Notes: generated by a model not told the origin, from the sequence alone. 64,000 nt of DNA from Anthoceros angustus (GCA_010909165.1 MU008162.1:186001-250000), one strand, 5' to 3'; counted from the first letter of the stretch, positions 1-13,389 are shown. Program-made: numbers and translations.

Positions 1-1652
1 TTTCTGTACTCAAAGCCTGCAGCAGAATTGCAGAGCTTGGGGAGCGAGAGGGTGGTAATGGAACACTTGTGAAACATAAATGCCTGGAGATGGTCAGAGA
101 GATCCATGCAGACATCGCAAAGGGCCAGTTTGGTTCTAATGTGTTTGTGGGGAACACGCTCGTGGACGTGTATGCAAAATGTGGGAGCTTGGAGAATGCT
201 AGACGGGTTTTTGAAGTGATGCCTCATCGTGATGTTGTTTCCTGGAACGCCTTGATCGGGGGGTATGCCCAGATGGAAAGGGGTCAAGAAGCGTTACAAC
301 TGTATGCACAAATGCAACATGAAGGTGTGGCACCAAATGATCGAACATACGTTGGTGTACTGAAGGCTTGCAGCATCGTTGCAGAATCAGGAAGGAGAGA
401 AGGTGATGGTTGGATACATGCCAGGAAACTATGCCTGGAAACTGTGACAACCATCCACACAGATTTGAAGACTGAAAAGTTTGAGTCAGACGTATTTGTA
501 GGGACAATGCTGGTGGATGCTTATGCGAAGTGTTGGAGCCTGGAAAATGCAAGGCGAGTGTTTGAAGCAATGCCTCAAAGGGATGTAGTTTCCTGGACTG
601 CCCTGATCCTGGGGTACGCTGAGATGGAGAAGGGTGAAGAGGCTTTGAAGTTGTATGCGCAGATGGAACAGGAAGGTGTGGTGCCAAACAGTCTAACCTT
701 CGTTGCTGCATTGAATGCCTGTGGTAGTATGGCAGGACTGGTAAAAGGAAAGCAAATTCATGCCCAAATTCTGCAAGCTGGTCTTGAGTGTGGCTCCTTT
801 TTGACTAGCAGTTTGATTGATATGTATGGCAAATGTTCAAGCATGTCGGATGCACAGCAGGTGTTTGATGCAATGCCCACCAGAGAGGTTGCTGCATGGA
901 ACGCATTGATTGTTGGGTATGCCCGTCAAGGGGAGAGTGAAGTCGTTTTCCAGTTGTTCAACAGGATGGGTCAGGAAGGTGTGAAGCCAGATGGAATTAC
1001 GTTTCTTGGTCTTCTCAGTGTGTGCAGTCATGTGGGTCTTGTGGACATGGGTGAAAAGTACTTTGAGGCAATGAGCAGAGAGTATGGCATCTTCCCGACT
1101 ATTCAGCACTACAATTGCATGGTTGATCTCCTGGGACGTGCAGGTCAAGTCCAGAAGGCCATGGAGATAGTGCAGATGATGCCTTTCCAACCAGAGAGTG
1201 CAGTCTGGAAATGTGTAATGGGTGCTTGTCAAAAGTGGGGACACGTTGAGCTGGGAAGAATTGCATTTGAAGGTGCAATCAGGTCGGATGCATGTGATGC
1301 TGCTCCATATGCATTAATGTCCAACATATATGCCGCTGCTCAAATGCCAGACGAGGCAAAGAAAATTCAAGCAATGAGGGTGGAATCACGAGCATGGAAG
1401 GAACCAGGACAGAGCTGGTGGGTGGACATGAGCGGGAATGCACATGCATTTGTTGCAGGGGATGGAAAACATCCTGAATGTGAAGATATTTTTGCGAAGT
1501 TGGGAGACCTTATGGTCCAAATTACAACAGCGGGCTATGCATCTAACCTTGATTCCATACACAAAGACATACTGGATGATGAGGAGGAGGCCTCATATGG
1601 ACAGGGGAAGACTGCTATACCCCTTGCCGGCTATTACCCTCTTCCTCGTTGA
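1..1652 (+). CDS. PLS-class PPR protein, E/E+ type with PG box and degenerate truncated DYW start; 5' end outside window
   Basis: Repeated P-L-S motifs (DVVSWNALIGGYAQ, FVGNTLVDVYAKCGSLENARRVF), E domain (HYNCMVDLLGRAGQ), PG box KEPGQSWW, E+ region; ends SYGQGKTAI where CGHSEKLAI is expected. Frame is open from the window edge. Confidence 0.93.
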   Translation, partial: SVLKACSRIAELGEREGGNGTLVKHKCLEMVREIHADIAKGQFGSNVFVGNTLVDVYAKCGSLENARRVFEVMPHRDVVSWNALIGGYAQMERGQEALQLYAQMQHEGVAPNDRTYVGVLKACSIVAESGRREGDGWIHARKLCLETVTTIHTDLKTEKFESDVFVGTMLVDAYAKCWSLENARRVFEAMPQRDVVSWTALILGYAEMEKGEEALKLYAQMEQEGVVPNSLTFVAALNACGSMAGLVKGKQIHAQILQAGLECGSFLTSSLIDMYGKCSSMSDAQQVFDAMPTREVAAWNALIVGYARQGESEVVFQLFNRMGQEGVKPDGITFLGLLSVCSHVGLVDMGEKYFEAMSREYGIFPTIQHYNCMVDLLGRAGQVQKAMEIVQMMPFQPESAVWKCVMGACQKWGHVELGRIAFEGAIRSDACDAAPYALMSNIYAAAQMPDEAKKIQAMRVESRAWKEPGQSWWVDMSGNAHAFVAGDGKHPECEDIFAKLGDLMVQITTAGYASNLDSIHKDILDDEEEASYGQGKTAIPLAGYYPLPR

Positions 1653-2754
1653 ACCAGTAGAAGGGGCAGGTACTTTTGAGGTGAAAAACTGTTTGGAGTA
1701 TGAAGTTTGTCCCGGAGCTGGTGCTGATTTCGAGGATATAATTATCCATATTGGACGGGGACACAAGGTGCTGCCACCATAGATCTCAATAGGCACCCCA
1801 TGAAATTAAGATCTCTTCATGCGAGCATCTTTTCCTGTCCTGGCCTGAAAGTTGATACCACTCCAGAAGAACTACTGATACTGATGCCCCTGTTGCAGGC
1901 TCGGCTAAAAGCTCGATTACAGACAAGTGTCAGACTGAGATGCTGATGAGGAAGGAGGATGTCTTGGTATCCACGTACGTACATCGAAGTCAGCAGTTCG
2001 AAAGTTCCAGCTGCTTTCCTCCATGAGACCGTTATGCAAGAAGCTTTTAGTTTCTTGAACATGATTTCTTGTTTCACAGTGTCAGATTTCATAACTCTAT
2101 GCCTACCCATGCGCAGTTGCAACTTCCATTGTCCGTGCAGTAGATATTGCTCACCTTAGAATATGTGTTCTGGTTATGCAGAGCCAGCAGGCGACTCCGC
2201 TTGAGACTCCGCTTGACTGACTTCATTGGAGAGGTAATCGAAATGATGTAAGGTAAGTGTCCATTGGAGGCCAGCTGTTGGGCTTTCAGTTACATGGATG
2301 ACATGCCCTTAGCTGGTTGATTTTCTGATGCAGCCCCGGTTTCAGGCAGTAACTTGTGGGCATACCTTTTCATAGATCGAACATAATAGATCTTACAGGG
2401 ATTGCTATACCTATGTACCTTGGTATAGAAGAAGAAGAATTTTATATCTTGGGTCACATGGACTGGGATGAGAACCGAAGAGAGGCATGGTTAACCCCAG
2501 AATGCCCATGCCCAAACATATCGAATCGGGGACTTCGGGCATACTTGGATGATTTGTAAAGTAATCATATAATAAAAGGATTATCAAATAATCACTCGTG
2601 GAAAATTTTTATCTTAATAAGAAAATTCAGAAATTTTATTTACTAATCATCCATGTCCGTCTCTGCTGTTACCATGACGTATCTATGCTAAGAGATCGCA
2701 AAGTTTGCCCCATCTCATCCATAGATACGGCAGCCAAAGCTGATAGTCTTAAAT

Positions 2755-3085
2755 GTCCAAATGGCTTAAGCCAAATGGATACATATTTATAAGAAAGTCG
2801 TTATTAAGCACCTTGCGCTTAGATCGGTACTTAGATGGGGTACCTAAACTTAGATGGGGTGCCTAAAGGGAGTGGATGCCCTTGGTGCAAATAGCTTGGG
2901 CACACCATGGTACAAGTTGTTAAGTACTAAGATGGGGTGCCTAAACTTAGATGGGGTGCCCAAAGGGAGTGGATGCTCTTGGTGCAAATAGCTTGGGCAC
3001 ACCATGGTACAAGTTGTTAAGCACCAAGTCCAATGACAAGAAAATTTCGACCAAGTGGACTATAATATATTCTTCTTCTTCTTCT
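2755..3085 (+). repeat. Dispersed repeat copy with internal ~102-bp tandem duplication and (TTC)n tail; possibly non-LTR/SINE-like
   Basis: Two copies of ttagatggggtgcc...cacaccatggtacaagttgttaag at 2820-3022; block atggcttaagccaaatggatac...tggtgcaa...cacaccatgg is homologous to the reverse complement of ~14050-14190; ends in tataatatattcttcttcttcttc. Confidence 0.6.
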
Positions 3086-3226
3086 TACGGACAATCTTGA
3101 AGCATTTCTATCAATGAGAGACGTTTGCTGCAAGTGCAATGAGAGCATGTATGGTGTTGCTAGAAAGGCCTTGATACACACAAAAAAAGGATTCATATGT
3201 TTTGTAAGAATCCTTGAAATGTTTAT

Positions 3227-3739
3227 ATCGACGGAGGGCGTTTTCTTACAGTGCAATCATTCGATGGGAGCTCTAAGTACCTATTATCGTTTCTATCGAT
3301 GGAGGGCGTTTTCTTACGATGCAATCATCCGATGGGAGCTCTAAGTACCTATTATCACTAGAAAGACCTTACGAAAAGGAACGCCTGTCTATTTTTTCAG
3401 AAATTTAAGAACTAAAAATGTAGTCTTCATGCTAAGGGTTATGGGTTTTAATGTAGAAAATAGGGTGGCCATTATGTGGTCAAGGTCATTTATTTTAATG
3501 GAGAACCATAGAGTGATTATTCTGGGGCTAAGGTCATTGCAAAGACATTAAGACCTTACGAAAAGGAACGCCTTTCTATTTTTTCAGAAATTTAAGAACT
3601 AAAAATGTAGTCTTCATGCTAAGGGTTATGGGTTTTAATGTAGAAAATAGGGTGGCCATTATGTGGTCAAGGTCATTTATTTTAATGGAGAACCATAGAG
3701 TGATTATTCTGGGGCTAAGGTCGTTGCAAAGACATTAAG
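3227..3739. repeat. Two adjacent tandem duplications: ~70 bp x2 (3227-3356) and ~187 bp x2 (3364-3739)
   Basis: agaccttacgaaaaggaacgcc starts at 3364 and 3551 with near-identical continuation; ggagggcgttttcttac...gagctctaagtacctattatc occurs twice just before. Confidence 0.9.
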
Positions 3740-4643
3740 GTTAGTTTCGCATGAATAGCCTATTCATAAGTAAAAGACGAATAAGAACGCAAAAACATTT
3801 GATGTAAAATGAAACAATCAGTAAGTAAAACAAACCGCTAGAGCTCTCTAGTGCCCCGCCTCTAATAGAATCCTATAGTAAGCCATTGTCCACTGGCTAC
3901 GCTTTGTGGTGGTAGGCAATTAGCTAGGTAATTAGGACTAAATTCGTGGTTTGGGAAAAGCTATAAGCTAACTAGGTGTGGACTCAACTAACTGAAATAC
4001 TTAAGACCATCTCCAATGATAAAGAGAAAAATCAAGCCACTGGAAGTATTTATTACTATAGTGCATTGCTCTATTGAGACAAGATTAATTTCATGTGCAA
4101 GAAAAGTTAACCTAATTGAAAATAAATATATCCTATTGTACAACAGCTTGAAGGTAATCGGACGTATATATTTTACCATAAGATACGTATTGGAGTGATG
4201 AGCATATTGCTTTTACACGCATGATAACTTACATGTACTGCTATGGGCCGTTGGATCCAGGGATCTTCCACGCACATATGTACGTACATACACGTATACA
4301 CGAGGGCATGATGGAATTTGATGGGCATCCTGGTCCCGTAACCATGGCCGCATTACGGCAGGTTGGAATGAATGCAAGGCGAAGAGAATCGTGAAACGCG
4401 CGTGATATGCATGAAAGCTTAGAGACGGTGACTGGAGTGATAGGCACACGTGACGCTCCAGAGCTGCCCAAGCTATGGCGCTGGAAGGGGACTCGCAAGG
4501 GAGGAGCCCTCTACACACTTGACGGATGCCTGACGCTGCTGCAGAGGAGACAGTCTGCCTGATGAACGCCTGAAGCTGCAGCGCTGCGCCTTTGCAAGCA
4601 GAAAGACAGGCCTGTCTGACGCTCACCAGAGCTGGCCGCAGAG

Positions 4644-5456
4644 ATGGAGGCGATGGCAGGGCCAATGCTAGGGCACAGCGCAATCCTCCGTCTGGAGATA
4701 CGGCCGGCGCGCATCCAGCTCAGGAAGGAGGCGGGATTGCTCAGGAAGCAGGCCAGGCAATCCCGCCCGGGGTTTGAGACGGCCGCCCGGGCTTCTTCGC
4801 AGGAGCAGCAGCAGCAGCAACAGCAACAACACAGGCTGCGGGAATTCCAGTACTGGCACGGGCAGGACGTGGTGATCCAGACCATGCGGGAAGGCCAGGC
4901 CAAGGAGACGGAAGACGTGCTGGTGGACTCGTTCGCGGAGCTCATGGGAGGGGGCCTGCTCACGTACCGCCCCCTGCTGGCCCTGACTGTCCGGCAGTAC
5001 CTCCGGGACCGCCTCCGGGCCTTCCCCGACACCGTCACCCTGGTGGCCCTGTTCTGCCATGGCCGGGAGTGGATCCTGGCCGGGACAGTGGAGGTCTGCC
5101 TGCAGAACGTGGCGGGAAACCCCGTCCCGTACCTCTGCAACATGGCCGTGCTCAAGGAGTTCCGGCGGCGAGGCCTCGGGCGCCAGCTTCTCCGCGCCGC
5201 CGAGCACCTCACGGCAACCCTGGGATGGCACCATCTTTACCTCCACTGCCGGCTGGTGGACGCCGCACCGCTCAGCATGTACCGCCAGGCTGACTACCGC
5301 ATCGTGGCCACAGACAACCTGTTCCATCTCCTGCTCAGGCTGCAGCGCCGCCGCCACCTGCTAAAGAAGATGCTCTTTTCGGAGCAACAACCTAGGAATG
5401 GCTCAGTCCGGCTTTCCCCTTCTATAAACGCCGTGGAAGCTCCGTTTTCCGATTAG
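4644..5456 (+). CDS. GNAT-family acetyltransferase, plastid-type, intronless, with poly-Q tract
   Basis: Acetyl-CoA motif A YLCNMAVLKEFRRRGLGRQLL, LYLHCRLVDAAPLSMY, C-terminal LQRRRHLLKK; Arg/Ala-rich transit-peptide-like N-terminus; CAG/CAA run at ~4803-4830. Confidence 0.88.
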   Translation: MEAMAGPMLGHSAILRLEIRPARIQLRKEAGLLRKQARQSRPGFETAARASSQEQQQQQQQQHRLREFQYWHGQDVVIQTMREGQAKETEDVLVDSFAELMGGGLLTYRPLLALTVRQYLRDRLRAFPDTVTLVALFCHGREWILAGTVEVCLQNVAGNPVPYLCNMAVLKEFRRRGLGRQLLRAAEHLTATLGWHHLYLHCRLVDAAPLSMYRQADYRIVATDNLFHLLLRLQRRRHLLKKMLFSEQQPRNGSVRLSPSINAVEAPFSD

Positions 5457-5777
5457 GAAGGGGTCGGATTGTCCATTCATTTTTGTCAGTAATTCCTCGC
5501 ATGAAATTTGCCAAGCCCGGAGGTGTGTGTACGTCGGTGCTTTGCAGGTGCTGTTGGGTAGATAGTAAGTGGGATACTACACCGGAGCTTGTGTTCCCTT
5601 TGGGATGCGAGCCGAGTATGGAAATCATACACATTTGGCTGCTTGCCAACTGCGGATTGGCTGAGGAGTGGGATTTTTGAACGGGCGGCATGTTGGGAAG
5701 GAATAACCTGGTGATGGGGCTTGTAGACTTCATGTGGGCGCATTTGGTAGCGATGGCAGTCAACTACAGTCACGTAG

Positions 5778-7856
5778 TTGATGCATGATTTTGTTGTTGT
5801 AGAGGGAGAGAAGATGAGAACACTGAAGTTGGGAGGACGGAAGGTTTGGCCTTCGGGGCTGGTGATCGTGGTGGTGGTGGGGGCATTAGCGTTATGGGCG
5901 CTTTCCCCTGTTCTGCTGACGTTCCGACCATGTGACTGGATTGGCCCAGAGTTTTGCAATCGATGGCAGGGTCAGGAACAATTTGAGGTGCAACCGGCTG
6001 GTCCACCACGGGAATATTCGGATAAGGAGCTGAGGGCGCAAGAGAGTGCCAGGGAAATTTTGAACCTGCCTCGGAATCTGGATGGCCGGGTCGCCTTTAT
6101 GTTTCTTACGCCTGGGGAATTGCCCTTTGAGGAAGCGTGGGCTGAGTTTTTTAAGGTGCGATGTTTGGGTTGTGGAGGGCAGTTTGTGGGAGCTGACGAA
6201 CTTGGATGGCGCAGAGGTTGTTGGGGAACCTGCATAGGTGCAGCTCTGAGATTTGGTGGTATGATATGGGCAGGGTCACGAAGGGAGATACAGTGTTTAT
6301 GTCCACGGCTCGCAACACAACAACTCCGACATTGTTAACTACTACAAGACCGACCCATTCTTCGGCAGAGATATCCGCAGCGAAGCTGTATGTGGGACCC
6401 CTTGTCGTGTTTGTGACTATGTTATTGCTTAGATGTTTGTTTGGAGGTATGCAGTCTGGAGAGCGACGATGGTGGTCCCGACAATCGATCCTTGCTGATG
6501 TGTGTGAGCAGATCTCATGGGGCGGTATAAACATGATCGATGCTGAGAAGCGGTTGTTGTCGTATGCCCTTGCGGATAAGGAGAATGAGGTTTTTGTGCT
6601 ACTGTCAGACAAGTATGTGAAGGAAATCAGGTTGTGTTGTAGGGTTTAAGCACTATTTGTCGCTGCTGAACACTCGAGACCTCTTGTGGTTGTCACAGGT
6701 GTGTCCCTCTGAGGGACTTTGACTTCGTCTACGATTACCTGATGGGGTCCCCCGTCAGCTTTGTGGACTGGTGAGGAGTGTTATACTGAGTTTTGTTTTA
6801 GCGTGTAAGTTGGTCAGATTGGGCTTGTATGATGAGCTGCAAGCATTCCTATTGCAGCTTTGATGACCCCGGTCCACATGGAAGAGGACGATATCTGGAG
6901 GGTATGAAACCTGAAGTTCTCCTCACTGACTGGCGAAAAGGATCGCAGGTATGCCTGGTTTTCTCTTCTTTTACTTGAGTTGCTGCTTGCGAGGTCTAGG
7001 GTTGATCCCGATGCAAACCAATTAAGCTATTTTGCAGTGGTTCGCAATGCAAAGGCGACATGCTTTAATCCTGGCCAGTGACTCACTGTACTATGAGAAG
7101 TTCAAGTACTTCTGCAAGGTGGGTTTATCATGAACTAATGATTGCAAGGAAGGCAGAGTGCACAGTACAGACGTATTCATATCAACCCCTGCCCAGTCGA
7201 TTGATTGTGGGACACATCTTGGTGTAAAACAGAGAGGGGACGAAAACAAGAATTGCTATCCTGACGAGCATTACCCACAGACACTCTTGCATGTAAGTGG
7301 TCCATCTCCTCTTGATTCATACTTGCCTGGCACTACTCTTGATGGCCAATGTCCACCTTTTGTCTCAGATGATAGACCCGGCTGGTTTAGCAAACTGGAG
7401 TACGACGTATGTGGACTGGACAGCGGCGTTCTGGCACCCCCATGAATTTCAACCCCATGAAGTGACAAAAGATTTGGCTCGACGACTTCAGGTGGGGTGC
7501 TATCTCTCTCTGGAAATGCAGTGGTCGATGTACGCTTGAGATCTTCACAGGAATTGAACGCTGATATCCAACCTGATATCCCCGTGCAGAAAGTCCAGCA
7601 GGTGGAGCACAAAAATAGCAATGATGTGAGTGTGAACCACATTCTTCATCACTCGTTTTCCCATCTGACTGCTGCCTTATACCTGATTAACATCAGATGT
7701 TTGAATTGTGCTTCGCAGGGTAAGAAGAATTATGTCCAATGTAGAATAGGCGGCGTTGCGAGGCCTTGCCATCTATTTGCTCGCAAGTTCCATCCGGAGA
7801 GCTTACCCAATGTGCTGGCTTTCTTTCCCATTACCAAGAAACCAAAGAGTATCTAA
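5778..7856 (+). CDS. Core-2/I-branching GlcNAc-transferase-like protein (BC10/DUF266, GT14-like), about 10 exons
   Basis: N-terminal TM anchor; exons with GT-AG borders give RVAFMFLTPGELPFEEAWAEFFK, GHEGRYSVYVH, ISWGGINMIDAEKRLL, CVPLRDFDFVYDYL, FDDPGPHGRGRY, WRKGSQ/WFAMQRRHAL, CYPDEHY, YVDW, CHLFARKF. Confidence 0.9.
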
Positions 7857-8238
7857 TGCTGGTAGCTCAAGGTTACCTATGTATAATTTTGGGTAAATTA
7901 CAAGAGTGAATAATGTATTATCTGTAGGTGCCTCAATCTGTAGGTGCCTGAATCTGTAGGTGCGAACAACTTAAACCGCTGTTAGAATCGTGTGTGAATT
8001 GAGGCACCTATTCCAACGGTGGAACATCTGCATTCACTCCACGCCTCCATCAGATGTGTGAACCTGACCTGCACAATAAATTACTGCTTGCAGATCCTGG
8101 ACTAATGAGCATCAGAAGAGGTGGGCATATATCTGCAACCTGTCCTGCAGGCAATTGGGACTCCCTTATTCCCCTTGAGTGCACACTTACTTGGCTGCAA
8201 GCATCACGATGCCTTCCTGGATCAGTCCCACTCCGGAC

Positions 8239-9069
<831 letters not shown>

Positions 9070-9534
9070 CTATGCCCTTCCCTTCCACCAGCTCCACAAC
9101 CGGCAGCTGTCAGCAGAGCAACCCCATCACCTCACCATGCAACCTGCCGAGCATTCTGCAGCCATTCCTCCGCCTCCTCCACAATTCAGCCTTCATTCTT
9201 CCTCATCCGAATTGGAGCTGCCAATTTAGCCCGACCTCGCATTCCTTCACGCTCCGCACAAATTCACGCTCAAGACAGATTCACACTCGGGGCAGATTCA
9301 TGCTCGGACAGATTCACGCTCGCATCGATTCCCTCCGAGCGATTCACGACTCGTTGGAATCGAGCCACACACTCCACCGGCGTGTCGCGCCGTGGCGTGG
9401 ATTTCGTATGTGAGGCCCTAGTCCCGGCCAACACAAAGCTTAACGGAAAGGAAGATGCAGCAGCCGGCGTGTGCGAAGCGATTCGCGTTCCGTTGCGTTA
9501 AGCGGGAGGCGGCCCGGGCCGGGCGAGGCTGGCG

Positions 9535-9584
9535 TGACGTCATCAGTCTATCCATATAAGACGTTCCGACTTGGCAAGCACGTG
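9535..9584. promoter_or_regulatory. Putative bZIP/bHLH sites (TGACGTCA, CACGTG) with a TATA-like motif in the divergent NSI/RING intergenic region
   Basis: TGACGTCA at 9535-9542, catataag at ~9553, G-box CACGTG at 9579-9584. Function not demonstrated. Confidence 0.3.
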
Positions 9585-10402
9585 GCGCGCTTGTTGGGCG
9601 CCACGGCCGGGAGCGAACTTCCGAAGTAGGTTAGGCGGCCAGTTCGTGAGACGGTGAGACGCAAGCACGCGGGAGTTTGAGTCGAATCGATCGAGTGGAG
9701 TCGGCGGCGAGTCGCAACCCGCCTGGCTGGCTGGCCTCAGCGGTGCGCTGCGCTGCTTGTTCTATGCGCCAGCATTTCGCCCACCATTTCTTATCTTTGG
9801 GACGGACAGGCATCACCGACTTGCCCCGCGGTCAGGTTAAAGGAGCACGTGTTCTTCTCTGTGGAGGCGGAGGCTAGGGGAGGGAGGACGGGTACTGTTC
9901 ACTTCCAGCCGGGCATTGCGCTGCGGTGAAGCATTTGTGGTCCTGGGTCCGGGATTGATTGGAAGAAGGTGGGCGGTTGAATGGGCCGGGAAAGGACGAG
10001 AATTTCGAGATCTGGTTCACGTGGTGGGCGGCTCTGTGTGGTGAGACTCCTTGAGATGTTGGATAATTGCAATTTCTATGTTGATGGGCGTAGGGATGGG
10101 GAATTTTGGAGTCTGGAAGGAATGGCAATACGTTGTTGGGTTTTGCGGAATCGGGGTCTTGATTGATTGGAGTCGGTCTGAGTGGCGTGAAGTGAGTGTC
10201 TCATTGTGGGTTTTTGTGGGTTTTTTGTGTTTGGCAGGTTGGCGATGGTGGGTTTTCTCTTGAGGTTGAGGAGGTGCACGAGAGGTTGATTTCCGGCTGG
10301 CGGGATAGATGTGGAGGACTGTTTACGTGATATTCCTTACGCAGTGGTGAGAGCAGCTGGACAGTGGTGTGATGAATGATGGGAGCTGCAAGGAGATAAC
10401 AT

Positions 10403-11101
10403 GTGCAGGCTATGGATCACAAGGGGTCACGGCAACCTGGAGTTAGAATACTGCACCTTCCCGAGTGTCCTGTATGCTGGGCCTTGCTCTCAGAAGAAGA
10501 GAACGTTCCTCTGGTGCTGCACTGCGGCCACACATTATGCAGAGGCTGCGCGGAGCAGCTGGTTATGACAGGCTCCGAGCCCGGGAAGAAGGCCTTGCAG
10601 TGCCCTGAATGCCGGCTATGGTGCTTGTGGTCTGGCAACTTACCTAAGAACTTTATGCTTCTTCGTGCTCTCAGCTGTGCTGTGCCAGCAGAGGCTGAGC
10701 AGCCTTCACATGGCTCTGCACGGAAGGACCTGGAGAGAGGTGCTGCATCTCCTTTCAGTGGCAGTGACTCGGAGACCATGAAGACATGGCTTTCCGGCAT
10801 CCTAGAGGAGAAGGTATGGGGAGTTGCGAGGCTGATAAAGACTCTCATATTGTTCCTCTGCTTCCTCCCTCTGTCATTCATGCACATGTTCCTCTGGTGG
10901 TGGACAGCCATCCTGGGGGGCATCGTGTTCTGTTGGTTTTCGCTAGGTGGGCTGGGGATGGGCGTGTTTTTCACCTTCGTCACTGGAACATGTCACGTCT
11001 CCAAATTACTCCGCCTGCATGTGTCCAGACAACTCTTCGGAGATCGAGTGGAGCCGTATCTGCTTGTGAGATCTGGGTTCGGTCGAGTCCCGGATATTTA
11101 A
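10403..11101 (+). CDS. RING-HC zinc-finger protein with C-terminal transmembrane segments (putative membrane E3 ligase)
   Basis: CPVC...CGHTLCRGC...CPECR ligand spacing; hydrophobic stretch LILFLCFLPLSFMHMFLWWWTAILGGIVFCWFSLGGLGMGVFF. Confidence 0.78.
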   Translation: MQAMDHKGSRQPGVRILHLPECPVCWALLSEEENVPLVLHCGHTLCRGCAEQLVMTGSEPGKKALQCPECRLWCLWSGNLPKNFMLLRALSCAVPAEAEQPSHGSARKDLERGAASPFSGSDSETMKTWLSGILEEKVWGVARLIKTLILFLCFLPLSFMHMFLWWWTAILGGIVFCWFSLGGLGMGVFFTFVTGTCHVSKLLRLHVSRQLFGDRVEPYLLVRSGFGRVPDI

Positions 11102-11514
11102 CCTCAGCAGGGAACCGGCTGGAGGTTCTGTTGCTCTCAAAGGCTCACGTCAGTTTTGTACCATATTAGTTTGTCTTCGGAGACGGATTCTTCGAATGGG
11201 TGAAAGCTAGCTTCAGCATTGTAGGCCCAGCGTCTAGCTTGGGTGGAAGGAAGCACACATTGTTTCAACACTCGGCTGGTTTTGCTGCTGTACAGTACTG
11301 TTTGGAGCAAGTTTTTCTTTAGGCTTGCCGTAGCCAAAAACGGCATTCCCTTTTTTTCTTACTGCATCACAAAGTCCATAAGCATGGCCATAAGCATGGT
11401 CTGAGTCCCAGCTTGTAGTGATGTGCACATATCGTTCTAGCTAAGCTCACATTTCACGATGAAACAAGCTTTCTGTCCTTGCTCTCGGCTTTTGCCTTCA
11501 GGGCTCACCACCTT

Positions 11515-12964
11515 CTACTTGCTCTTCGATCCCACAACCTTTTGCCGCTCGGACTTGTACAGATGGAGAATATGCTGCCGCAAGACAAGGCAGAGTGTCA
11601 GCTGGCACAAGGACTGATCTTCAATACTTCGGGGACTGCACTGCTTCCCTGTGGTTTACCTTGCCAGCTGCTGTTTGCTGGAAGACTCGCACTCCCTCAG
11701 CCAGATCTTTGGGGCAGTCGGGATCGTTGATGTCAGGTAACCTGCCATAGCACACCATCAACAAAGAGAAGTGTTTCGTAGGCTGCAATGGAGATGCAGA
11801 ATCCTTCCGAACATCATACCCAGCACCAGAAACGCAGATACAGCCGAGGGCAGCAAACGTCAGGTCCGCAGCAGTGAAGGTCTGCCCGCAGATGAAAGGC
11901 CTCCCATCGGCCAGCGCGTCATCCACCTCCTTGAAAATCTCTTGCAGCCGCTCCAGAGACCTCTGCTTCGCGTTGGGCTGATTCAGACCCACGCCTTTCG
12001 CTATCCCACGTCTCAAAAGCGGTCCCATCAACCACGCTAATCTCCTCTCCGTGGCAGGAGCTCCTGGAAAGCCCACAAAAACATCAACACTCTGGCCGGC
12101 AACCTGGACCCCAAGGCCATGTCCCAACACAACCTCTGCCACACCCACCCTCTGTGAGAATCCGGTGGCTCCATTTGTGAAAGAGCAGAGAAGAGTACGC
12201 CCATCTCCGGAGATGAGGACCCAAGATGTCATCAAACTTCTTCTCTGAAACCCACGACCAAAACATCACCACCCACCAGCCTGAGTATGGCATCCTTGGG
12301 CATTGCACCACAAACCTACGCCACAAATCCAAGCACCCAACTCACCCCATTCCTCAACCACCTTCCTGGCCTCCTCATCCACGGGGTACAACCGATCTCC
12401 CTCGCTGACATAGGAATCAGCAAAATGTACTATCTCGGTTGACTGGTTCAGCACTTTGCTCGCCTCCCCATCACTGCCCTGGATCACCAGCTTCGGGCAG
12501 CTCGTTCCTTCCCCCAACTTCCTGAACCTCCACCATCCTCCCATGAGTCCCACCATCTTTCATCCAAGCAGGAAACAACCTCATGTGCATGTCACTCACT
12601 TGGTAACGAGGAGATGGAGACCTGGTACATGCTTAGTCTCAGTGAACTCCACACCGGATCGCTCCAGAGCCCATCTTGCCTAAACCACAAGGTTTCCACT
12701 CCACACATCGGCATTCAGCAGGCCGTGAGTGCATCACCCCACAAGCCAATCTGTAGGCATCGAAATGCACCTACCTTTTCGCAGTAATGAGACGGCGCTG
12801 CATATAGTAATAACAACTGCAGTCAGAACAGCGAGCTCGAAGAAGAAAGGAGAAGAGTTACAATAAATGGGAGCTAATTGCTGCTCAGTGCCAAAAATCT
12901 ACAATTCCGCCAAGCTAGAGCCGCATTTCCACGTACCAATGGAGACGAGGCGAGGCGGTGCCAT
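11515..12964 (-). CDS. Glutathione S-transferase-like protein of bacterial/cyanobacterial type, multi-exon
   Basis: Manual splicing gives MAPPRLVSIAPSHYCEK|ARWALERSGVEFTETKHVPGLH...TSCPKLV...QSTEIVHFAD...LYP; then LGPHLRRWAYS, DGRPFICGQTFTAADLTFAALG and a final exon HILHLYKSERQKVVGSKSK*. ATG at 12964, TAG at 11515. Central exon borders are less certain. Confidence 0.8.
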
Positions 12965-13389
12965 CCCGCTCGACACCGGGCTGATCGGGCAAATCAACTG
13001 TCATATACTTCTCACTTTATGCCCGTCGAAAGAGGAGACATCCCGAAACTTCGTGGCAATGGGTCCAGATAGGACGCGGAAACTTCGTGAAAATGGCTCG
13101 AGATAGGACTAAGTAGGAGAGAAGAAGAAGACCACTTAGGGTAATCGCCGCGTAGAGCGCATCGTGTAAACCTTTAAAAAGACCACTATTCAAAAACGGC
13201 CGAGTGGTTTAGGAGGAGTTTCGCATCAGTCTTTTCTATAGTTTTTTGTCTTACCAAGTTATTTCAGTTCTCCTCTCTCCATCAAGCTCCGTACACTTAA
13301 TTCGTGGTAGCTCCCCATCATCTCCTAATCGAGACCGATCGTTAGCTTAAGAATGGATCCTTTCTTCTTCTTCATGAATCCCCTTCCCA

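Noticed and set aside
1660-2300. Downstream exon completing the DYW domain of the first PPR
   Set aside because: No CxDCH or terminal DYW-like motif was found in the + frames inspected.
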